A stretch of 46,345 nt of DNA, taken from a virus. Lineage: Duplodnaviria > Caudoviricetes. Positions 29,001 to 35,801 of the stretch are shown in pieces. The notes below the pieces were generated by a model. That model saw only the letters and a list, made by a program, of their open reading frames with translations, was not told the DNA's origin and searched no databases. Location of the stretch: positions 1 through 46,345 of the IMG/VR virus record IMGVR_UViG_3300031519_000039, one strand, 5' to 3'. Position numbers and translations under genes: made by a program. Position 1 is the first letter of the stretch. The number at the start of each line of letters is the position of its first letter.

Positions 29001-29338
29001 TACTGGCTGGAAACGAAAGAATAATGTTTAGCGATGATTCATTCCAACAAGCGCTTATCCCTGGTGACTATACATCCAACCACGGGCTTACACTACCAGA
29101 CTCAACCGGTACGCTTTTAACACGTGAATTCGTATCAAATATTATCGATTCAGATTATATTGGTCTAAGAGCATCATCAACTGGATTTACTCTAGACTTT
29201 GCCGATAGCGCCGGAGCTACAAAAGTAAGTCTTGTAATTCTTCAAGCTGCAACAATCGCAACCGGAGCCGTTATTGGCTTTGGTAACACCGTAACATTAT
29301 TAGACACAGACAGCGCGGCAGTAACTATCTCGCTTTAA
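26051..29338 (+). CDS. Long tail fibre / fibre-like virion protein, extremely Asp-Ser rich
   Basis: 1095 aa, G/S/T/A-rich with internal repeats, NLYYTRARFD and about 47 DS dipeptides (manual count). Late transcription unit. Confidence 0.75.
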   Translation: MAEKRTYVKRITVGRPVKSINEAASGVVIGSGRIAGDILVNKSSTNLFEPGSLVAGHGLDKSYGDSNSNNIVMSIDSSELKEIIDSDYIKFMTGQATTRNFVDSAYVEANSLDSERGLNLFRNDLAALTTSIVPDVDSAIDLGSQTKKFRKLFLSGNTIKLGTLNISDSGGIFVVRDSDNNNTKLDLSANSTNDLLESDNLYYTRARFDSALGDTTSKGTIRGYINLAGAPAGDGSLTYDSGSGQLTYTGPSPAEVRAHFLAVDSGGDGAFSYEQATGKFIYRGPSATEVRKHLNIVDAGGDGSLAYDSALGKLTYTGPSATEVRRHFNTAIASGDGFLAYDSALGKFTYTGPSADSIRSHFSAAGDLTYNSGTGEFSFNVETVYTQANFESDLSLSLNATNGIAYDSAKHKLSLINTGVDSAIYGSSTRVPILTVNAQGRIDSAGSVLVAGVTGVTFDSATEKLTISTADGGSFSTAIGGYDNLQATTFTGTNAAIDSAVISFISGGHANYDSAHISQLLVDSGRFTVLTSPNITADSAIANNISGNNLNYGIGRIGQFNADSAETVNLRVSGSLIVAGSQSIINTEVFKVTDPLIHLADSNVISDIIDIGFIGKYYADAQQRHTGLVRDASAGQYYLFDNSIDSASDSVNTINLGATGFRKAWLNVGNIIADSATMTNLTVTGLASTTLARTATVDSGTYGSATRVPILTVNTSGFIDSIGEVLVAGVTGLTYDSNTESITISTADGGSFATHIGGFKNIDVDSANIFNIAGSNIHYDSGFIGQFSTDSAHISQLNTTVVRAGGILADSGDYTVLKIGGAHVNTEMFTDSAFVLARIEALSLDSERTINLIRNDNLFVDSAYIEQVSLDSERAVNLIDSNYINERSHQLTRDEFSFTLTNAGSAAGPRIVLDRNSSSAADSDALAMIEFRGRNDADSNITYAKIENFINDASADSEDGELHFTIKQSGILRTKMKMTPTGIVLAGNERIMFSDDSFQQALIPGDYTSNHGLTLPDSTGTLLTREFVSNIIDSDYIGLRASSTGFTLDFADSAGATKVSLVILQAATIATGAVIGFGNTVTLLDTDSAAVTISL
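26747..27140 (+). repeat. Four tandem ~32-aa repeats in the fibre (GDG.L.YDS..GK.TY.GPS..EVR.HF)
   Basis: Visible in the translation, followed by a partial fifth unit. Confidence 0.8.
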
Positions 29339-29340
29339 TG

Positions 29341-29348
29341 TATAAATA
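29341..29348 (+). promoter_or_regulatory. T4-type late promoter
   Basis: TATAAATA in the intergenic region before 29376. Confidence 0.8.
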
Positions 29349-29375
29349 GACAAAGGAAACTAAAGGAATCAAAAA

Positions 29376-30455
29376 ATGGCAGATCGTATTCCACTAATCA
29401 TTGAAGGATCGAGTATTCGAGAGCTCCCGTCGGATGACAGGCTTGATGTTCGAGGAGCGTTAGAAGTCAATGGGCATATAACACCGGGTGCAGACTCGGC
29501 ATATGACATTGGTACTTCAGCGCTAAAATTCAGAGATATATTCTTATCAGCTGGTACAATACACCTTGGTGGCGTTAAGCTACGAGCGGATGGTAATAAA
29601 CTATCGATTCAAGATAGCGCAGGAGTTACTTCAAGTTTAGCTGCAACTTCACAGTTTGTAAGCGGAGATTCGGGATCAAGTCAATTCCGTTTGGCAGTAT
29701 CTGATGCAATATCAGTTGGCACTGGTACTGGATTAGGAAGTTTAGCTTACGATTCGGCTCGAGGTCAATTTACATTGACTGGAGTAACACAAGCTAATGT
29801 TATGTCAACTATGCAAGCAGGCACTGGAGTGGGTATCGATTCTGCCAGCGGTACACTTTCTATCGGTCAAGCTGTAGCAACAACTGACTCAGTAACATTT
29901 GCTGGTTTATATTCTTCAGGTAACGTAATTCTTGGTGGTAACCTCACAGTTAACGGAACAACTACAACAGTCAATTCAACAAATAGTTTAGTTGCTGATC
30001 CTTTAATTGAATTAAATACAGGTGCAACTTCGAACGCTAACGATCTCGGATTTGTATTTGAACGTGGTTCAACTGGTAACAATGCTGCAATTATCTGGGA
30101 CGAGTCTGAAGACAAGTTCAAGATGGGTACAACAACAGCAACAGGTGCTTCAACTGGTGATATGACAGTTGCAACAGGAACTTTGATTGCTAATGTTGAA
30201 GGTAACGTAACTGGTTCATCAGGATCTAGTACTGGTAACGCCGCAACAGCAACTGCATTAGCAACAGCTCGAGCAATCGCTGTTGCTGGAGATGTAACTG
30301 GTACAGCTAACTTTGATGGAACGGCTGGAATTAGTATTACAACCGCTCTTGCTGCTAACACAGTTTCTTCAACAGAATTAGTAAGTGCAAGCACACTACT
30401 CATTAAGAACACAGCTGGTACAACGCTGAAAACAGTAATTGGAGCCGGTAGCTAA
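29376..30455 (+). CDS. Fibre-like virion protein
   Basis: 359 aa with GNLTVNGTTTTVNS, ADPLIEL and GNAATATAL..AR.I fibre motifs. Shares segments with 26051..29338 and 1951..2535. Confidence 0.7.
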   Translation: MADRIPLIIEGSSIRELPSDDRLDVRGALEVNGHITPGADSAYDIGTSALKFRDIFLSAGTIHLGGVKLRADGNKLSIQDSAGVTSSLAATSQFVSGDSGSSQFRLAVSDAISVGTGTGLGSLAYDSARGQFTLTGVTQANVMSTMQAGTGVGIDSASGTLSIGQAVATTDSVTFAGLYSSGNVILGGNLTVNGTTTTVNSTNSLVADPLIELNTGATSNANDLGFVFERGSTGNNAAIIWDESEDKFKMGTTTATGASTGDMTVATGTLIANVEGNVTGSSGSSTGNAATATALATARAIAVAGDVTGTANFDGTAGISITTALAANTVSSTELVSASTLLIKNTAGTTLKTVIGAGS

Positions 30456-31210
30456 TGGCATCACCTAACTCGAGAGATACACTCATTGACTGGTGCAAGC
30501 GAAGGCTTGGTGAGCCGGTCATTGAGGTTAATGTAGACGAGGATCAGCTCGAAGACCGAGTTGACGAAGCAATTCAGTATTATCAGGAATTTCATTCTGA
30601 TGCTACTTTTCGTGCATATGTTTCTCATGAGTTAACTGCATCAGACATTACTAACAAGTATATTACAACATCATCTGATGTTCATACTGTAACTAGAGTA
30701 TTTCCTCTTATATCGAGTTCATCTTCTTCGGGGCAGTTATTTAATCTTCGATACCAGATGCATATGTCAGAACTAACTGATATGGCTCAATTTGCTGGTG
30801 ATATTGCTTATTACGAACAAATTCAGCAATATTTGTCTTTACTTGATATGACACTCAACGGTCATACAATGGTAGACTTTGCTCGTAGGCAAAACAGAAT
30901 TTACTTACATGGTCATATCGAAGATTTAGATATTACTGCAGGTGATTATGTTGTCTATGAAGTTTATAATACAATTAATCCAGATTCACACACATCAATA
31001 TACAACGATATGTGGCTAAAAGAATATACCGGTGCTCTCATTAAAGAGCAGTGGGGCATGAATCTTATGAAATTCGAAGGTATGCAGTTACCCGGCGGCG
31101 TGATATTAAATGGTAGACAGCTTTTTGATGATGCACAAGGTGAGATTCAGGACCTCAAAGAAAGGATAAGACTCGAACATGAAATGCCCGCAGATTTCTT
31201 TGTAGGGTGA
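30455..31210 (+). CDS. gp13: Neck protein gp13
   Basis: RRLGEPVIEVNVDEDQ, WLKEY..ALIK.QWG.NL.KF.G.QLPGG. T4 synteny. Confidence 0.9.
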   Translation: MASPNSRDTLIDWCKRRLGEPVIEVNVDEDQLEDRVDEAIQYYQEFHSDATFRAYVSHELTASDITNKYITTSSDVHTVTRVFPLISSSSSSGQLFNLRYQMHMSELTDMAQFAGDIAYYEQIQQYLSLLDMTLNGHTMVDFARRQNRIYLHGHIEDLDITAGDYVVYEVYNTINPDSHTSIYNDMWLKEYTGALIKEQWGMNLMKFEGMQLPGGVILNGRQLFDDAQGEIQDLKERIRLEHEMPADFFVG

Positions 31211-31214
31211 TGGC

Positions 31215-32105
31215 ATGCGCAATTATTACATAAGAGATAACGTAAGGTCAGAACAAAATCTCTACGAAGATATTGTAATCGAGTCTCTTAAGATTTACGG
31301 TCAAGATGTTTATTATTTACCTCGTGAAACAGTTTACGAGGATAGAGTCTTTGGTGATGAAGTTCCAGCAAAATACAATAACTCATATAAGATAGAAATG
31401 TATATTGACAACACCGAAGGTTTCGACGGTGAAGGAGATCTGTTTACTCGGTTTGGTGTTGAAATACGCGATGAAGCTACATTCGTAGTTTCAAGACGTA
31501 GGTGGGCTCAAACTATTGGTGGAGATAATAACATCAATAGCGAAAGACCACGTGAAGGCGACTTAATCTTTTTACCACTATCTAATTCTATGTTCCAGAT
31601 TACGCACGTAGAACATGAAATGCCTTTTTATCAATTAGCAAATTTGCCAACTTATAAGTGTCGTGCACAATTGTTTGATTATAACAGCGAAGACTTCGAT
31701 ACTGGTATTGAAGAAATTCAAGATATTGAACAAGATCATGCTTACACTTACTTGTTGAAGATACTAGGTGCAAACATAAACAACACGAAACCAATCTTTA
31801 CAGATACTATTATTACACAAAATCAAAGTGGTGTATTGGTTACTGCAGAAGTTGCTAAATATTCAGATTCGGATGGAACAATCCATGCCGTTAACTTCTC
31901 ATCTGCTGATGGTACATTCCGCTTATTCCATGCAGATAGCACAGTTACTGTTGATTCAGCATCGAACATACACACTTTACAGACAGTAAGTGAATTGAAT
32001 AAACTGTCAGAAAACGAACAAAATACAGACTTTGGATCATTTGGTGATGACTTCCTTGATTTTAGTGAAGGCAACCCGTTTGGTGATCCATCAGGGAATG
32101 ATTAA
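31215..32105 (+). CDS. gp14: Neck protein gp14
   Basis: ESLKIYGQDVYYLPR, FG.EIRD, RPREGDLI and C-terminal DFSEGNPFG. Confidence 0.9.
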   Translation: MRNYYIRDNVRSEQNLYEDIVIESLKIYGQDVYYLPRETVYEDRVFGDEVPAKYNNSYKIEMYIDNTEGFDGEGDLFTRFGVEIRDEATFVVSRRRWAQTIGGDNNINSERPREGDLIFLPLSNSMFQITHVEHEMPFYQLANLPTYKCRAQLFDYNSEDFDTGIEEIQDIEQDHAYTYLLKILGANINNTKPIFTDTIITQNQSGVLVTAEVAKYSDSDGTIHAVNFSSADGTFRLFHADSTVTVDSASNIHTLQTVSELNKLSENEQNTDFGSFGDDFLDFSEGNPFGDPSGND

Positions 32106-32107
32106 TT

Positions 32108-32512
32108 ATGGCCACAAAATTAAACGAAGGAACCGAGGTAGCTTTACCACTTAGAAATATTGTAAGCATGCTTGCTTTTACAGCATTAGCTACTTGGGCA
32201 TATTTTGGAGTTGTTGAAAGATTAAACCAGATTGAAACAAGTCAGACTATGATGAAGACTGATTTGGAACAAAACACTGAGTTTAGAATTAAATGGCCAC
32301 GTGGCGAAATGGGAAGTTTACCAGCAGACAACGAACAGTTTTTAATGATTGAGCATATAGCAAGTGAACTTGAAAAATTAACAGATGAGATAGAAGAAGG
32401 CAGAGCGCCTTATGATCAACAACAAAAATTAACATTAGAATTTTATGAAAAACGAATTAATAATCTTGAAGATAAAATAGAAAAGATGAGGGTCAACGGA
32501 TACAACAAATGA
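32108..32512 (+). CDS. Hypothetical protein with N-terminal transmembrane helix and coiled coil
   Basis: Hydrophobic IVSMLAFTALATWAYFGVV followed by heptad-rich helices. Confidence 0.6.
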   Translation: MATKLNEGTEVALPLRNIVSMLAFTALATWAYFGVVERLNQIETSQTMMKTDLEQNTEFRIKWPRGEMGSLPADNEQFLMIEHIASELEKLTDEIEEGRAPYDQQQKLTLEFYEKRINNLEDKIEKMRVNGYNK

Positions 32513-32724
32513 TGGTAGTAGAATTTGTATTATTGTTATTCATGAATGGATCTGAGCTAAAAGAATATACAGCTCGAGATAGTATGTCTGCGTGTCTAAA
32601 AGCTAAACGTATGGCTTCTCGCCAACTTATGCCTCATATAAGTCAAACACGATACGAATGTAAAAAGCTTAAAATTTTAATAGATGATACTGGTAAAATA
32701 ACGGAGATTCTTGGTGATGGATGA
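32509..32724 (+). CDS. Small hypothetical protein
   Basis: 71 aa, ATGA-coupled, hydrophobic N-terminus and two Cys. Confidence 0.5.
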   Translation: MMVVEFVLLLFMNGSELKEYTARDSMSACLKAKRMASRQLMPHISQTRYECKKLKILIDDTGKITEILGDG

Positions 32725-32977
32725 TATGTTTGACTTTGGTTTTACCGCAGTTGATGAAAACGAATTAGAAGCTGTACAAAAAGTTGCAGCAAAAGCTGAA
32801 TCACTTGGTGCAGAAAAACTTAACACTCAAGATAAGATAGATAGACTATATAACGCAATGATTCCATTGTTGAATAATTTGAAGAAAAACCCAGAAAAGG
32901 AGTATATCCTCTGGCCAGATAGATTAACAAAGGTTGAAGCCTTTGAAGATCACTTGACAAAGATATATAAAAGCTAA
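32717..32977 (+). CDS. Conserved hypothetical phage protein
   Basis: FDFGFTAVDE..PLL.NL..NPEK.YI.WP.R. Coupled to gp15 by TAATG. Confidence 0.6.
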   Translation: MDDMFDFGFTAVDENELEAVQKVAAKAESLGAEKLNTQDKIDRLYNAMIPLLNNLKKNPEKEYILWPDRLTKVEAFEDHLTKIYKS

Positions 32978-33771
32978 TGTTTGGTGGACACTTTTATCAC
33001 GAAAAGACAAGGCGAGCAGTTGCTGTATTTGGCAAACTATTTAACAACTTGTATGTTATCCGTAAAAACGGAGATACTGGTGCATCTATTTCTCAAGTTA
33101 AAGTACCATTAGCATATGCTCCTAAAAACAAATATTTAGACCGAATTCGCGAAAACGCAAATTTAGATACAAACACAAAGGTAGCTATTAAGTTACCTCG
33201 CATGTCGTTTGAGATTACGTCATTAGCGTATGACAACTCACGGCAAGTGTCAAAGGTAAACAATTTCACAAGAGTTGGAACGACTGCAGATAATAGAAAT
33301 AAATTCTTTACTGGTGTTCCATATGTTATTTCTTTTCAATTGAATATTTACACAAAAACGCAAGATGACGCTTTACAACTTGTTGAGCAAATTTTACCTA
33401 CGTTTAATCCACAATATTCAATAACCCTTAAACCTTTTACGGATTATCCTGATATTTTAGAGGATGTTCCAATTGCAATAAATAGTGTTAGTTTCCAAGA
33501 CGATTTTGAAGGAGACTTAGGCGCGCGCAGAACTATCATTTATACTCTCGACTTTGAGATGAAAATACGGTTCTATGGTGCAGTTAACACTGGTGAGGTT
33601 GTACGTGATGTAAGAGCTAAGATCTTCGATATTGGATCTGGCCTTAATGATTCAGACTTAAGACTGAAAACTATTCAATTACAACCTAATCCATCAACAT
33701 TAAACATCGTTGCGGATTCAGACTTTGGATTCACACGAACAGATTATAGTGCGGATAGCGATGCTACATGA
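32977..33771 (+). CDS. gp15: Tail sheath stabiliser/terminator gp15
   Basis: HFYH..RR....FG.LFN, VPLAYAPK, LPRMSFE, QLVEQILP.F.P and RRTIIYTL.F. Confidence 0.9.
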   Translation: MFGGHFYHEKTRRAVAVFGKLFNNLYVIRKNGDTGASISQVKVPLAYAPKNKYLDRIRENANLDTNTKVAIKLPRMSFEITSLAYDNSRQVSKVNNFTRVGTTADNRNKFFTGVPYVISFQLNIYTKTQDDALQLVEQILPTFNPQYSITLKPFTDYPDILEDVPIAINSVSFQDDFEGDLGARRTIIYTLDFEMKIRFYGAVNTGEVVRDVRAKIFDIGSGLNDSDLRLKTIQLQPNPSTLNIVADSDFGFTRTDYSADSDAT

Positions 33772-34135
33772 CAGTGATAAAGCGGCGAATGATTACAATT
33801 ATTCACGTGAAACATATTATGATTTAATAGAAAAAGGTAAAAGTGCTCTCGACGACATGATAGAAGTCGCAAGAGAATCAGAGCACCCAAGAGCCTTTGA
33901 AGTTTTATCAGGTATGATTAAGAATATTTCAGATGTGAATGATCGTTTAATGATATTGAATAAAGGTAAAAAAGATCTTGAAAGAAATAATGAAACAACC
34001 GAAGTAAATAATACACAGAATAATTTTTACTTAGGTTCGACTGCAGACGTTCAGCGTTTGCTCAAAGGCGATTTAATTGATGTCACGGATGCCGACCCAA
34101 AATCCATCGAGGGAGACGTATCTCGGAAATCCTAA
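33761..34135 (+). CDS. gp16: Terminase small subunit gp16
   Basis: DYNYSR, A.ESEHPRAFEV and NNFYLGSTADVQR. Synteny. Confidence 0.85.
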   Translation: MLHDSDKAANDYNYSRETYYDLIEKGKSALDDMIEVARESEHPRAFEVLSGMIKNISDVNDRLMILNKGKKDLERNNETTEVNNTQNNFYLGSTADVQRLLKGDLIDVTDADPKSIEGDVSRKS

Positions 34136-35714
34136 CGTTAAGCGCGATGGCGTTAACGAACAATGGACTGCCGAATCGATCCTCGAATATAAGAAATGCA
34201 TGGATAATCCTGTGTATTTTTCTGAATATTATGTGAAAGTGATTTCTCTAGACGAAGGGCTTGTTCCGTTTAAGCTGTACCCGTATCAGCAAGAAATGTT
34301 CAAGAAGTTTAATGAGCATCGGTTTAATATTATCTTGGCTTGCAGACAATCCGGCAAATCGATATCGGTATGCGCCTACCTGCTCTGGTACGCGCTGTTT
34401 CATCCGGAAAAGACTGTGGCCATCCTCGCTAATAAAGCTTCCACCGCACGGGAGATGCTCTCCCGGATCACGCTTATGCTTGAGAACCTACCGTTCTTTT
34501 TACAAGCAGGAACTAAAGCTCTTAACAAAGGTTCACTTGAGTTTGGTAATAACTCTCGAATTATTACTGCGGCAACCACTGGTTGCTCTATTCGTGGTCT
34601 TAGTATCAATTTGCTTTATCTCGACGAATTTGCCTTTGTAGAAAAAGCAGCAGAGTTTTACACCTCTACATATCCTGTTGTATCTTCTGGTAAAGATACC
34701 AAAGTCATTGTCACGTCTACGGCAAATGGTATTGGTAACATGTTCTATAAGATATGGGAAGGCGCAATTCAAGAAGTTAACGAGTTTACACCGTTTCGAG
34801 TTGATTGGTGGGATGTCCCAGGTCGTGATGAGGTTTGGAAAACTCAAACAATTAACAACACATCAAAGCTTCAGTTTGACCAAGAGTTTGGTAATACATT
34901 CTTTGGAACTGGCGATACTTTAATCAACGCAGAAACTCTTATGGAATTACGAGCTTCGCAGTCGTTAAAATATATTGAGCAAGGCGATGGTCTAATATAT
35001 AAAGAACCTGAAAAAGGTCACGAATATATTATGTGTGTAGATGTTGGAAAGGGAAGAGGACAGGATTATTCTACTTTTACTATAATCGATATTGGCGTAA
35101 AACCATTTGAACAGGTGGCCGTGTATCGGAACAACGCTATCTCTCCCTTACTCTTCCCTAGTATTATATATAAGTATGCAACTTCTTACAACCAAGCGTA
35201 TGTAGTTGTTGAGTCAAACGACCAAGGTTCAATGGTAGCAAATGGTTTGTATCACGAATTAGAATATGACAACGTGCATGCCGAGTCAGCTGTTAAAGCT
35301 AATGCTATTGGTCAAGCTATGACACGTAAAGTAAAACGATTAGGTTGTTCAGGCCTGAAAGACTTACTTGAAAACAAAAAGATTCAAATTGTTGATGAAC
35401 AAACTATTTTAGAAATTTCTACATTTGTTGGTAGAGGAAGCTCTTATGAAGCTTCTGAAGGAAACCATGATGATCTAGTAATGAACTTAGTAATGTTTGG
35501 TTTCTTTGCTCAAACACAATTTTTTAATGATATGACTGATATTAATCTAAAAGAAATGTTGTTTAAACAAAGAATGGATGAGATTGAAGCAGATATTGTA
35601 CCATTCGGTTGGGTAGATGATGGATCAGAATATAGTAAACAACTAACAGATGAAGAAAATACAAAACCAGATTGGTTTGTTGACTTTGATCGCGATGATA
35701 TGAACTGGGGCTAA
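34080..35714 (+). CDS. gp17: Terminase large subunit gp17
   Basis: YLGNPNVK, Walker A (RQSGKS), Walker B (YLDEFAF), STANG, nuclease DVGKG and HDDLVM. Exact start uncertain (34077, 34080 or 34089). Confidence 0.95.
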   Translation: MSRMPTQNPSRETYLGNPNVKRDGVNEQWTAESILEYKKCMDNPVYFSEYYVKVISLDEGLVPFKLYPYQQEMFKKFNEHRFNIILACRQSGKSISVCAYLLWYALFHPEKTVAILANKASTAREMLSRITLMLENLPFFLQAGTKALNKGSLEFGNNSRIITAATTGCSIRGLSINLLYLDEFAFVEKAAEFYTSTYPVVSSGKDTKVIVTSTANGIGNMFYKIWEGAIQEVNEFTPFRVDWWDVPGRDEVWKTQTINNTSKLQFDQEFGNTFFGTGDTLINAETLMELRASQSLKYIEQGDGLIYKEPEKGHEYIMCVDVGKGRGQDYSTFTIIDIGVKPFEQVAVYRNNAISPLLFPSIIYKYATSYNQAYVVVESNDQGSMVANGLYHELEYDNVHAESAVKANAIGQAMTRKVKRLGCSGLKDLLENKKIQIVDEQTILEISTFVGRGSSYEASEGNHDDLVMNLVMFGFFAQTQFFNDMTDINLKEMLFKQRMDEIEADIVPFGWVDDGSEYSKQLTDEENTKPDWFVDFDRDDMNWG

Positions 35715-35726
35715 AATTCAAATTGT

Positions 35727-35780
35727 TATAAATATAGTTGAAATTGAAATATCATAACCGTATCATGCACCATATAAATA
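35727..35780 (+). promoter_or_regulatory. Two tandem T4-type late promoters
   Basis: TATAAATA at 35727-35734 and 35773-35780, upstream of gp18. Confidence 0.8.
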
Positions 35781-35801
35781 AGAACCCAACGAGGTAAACT
35801 A

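Noticed and set aside
26051-29338. DS motifs as acyl-carrier phosphopantetheine sites (GxDSL)
   Set aside because: The contexts are beta-rich fibre repeats rather than helical ACP domains, DSL is absent, and no PPTase is seen.
26051-29338. Modification of DS sites by a host Bacteroidota-type O-glycosylation system
   Set aside because: That pathway acts on exported proteins in the periplasm, whereas virions assemble in the cytoplasm. Many sites (DSD, DSE, DSN) deviate from the usual third residue, and the host is unknown. Kept only as an analogy.
29867-30412. 181-aa minus-strand ORF and other short alternative-frame ORFs in the track (e.g. 34261..34641, 37190..37522, 41592..41945, 7407..7778)
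   Set aside because: They are shadows of well-supported genes on the opposite strand or in another frame, with no motifs or ribosome-binding sites.
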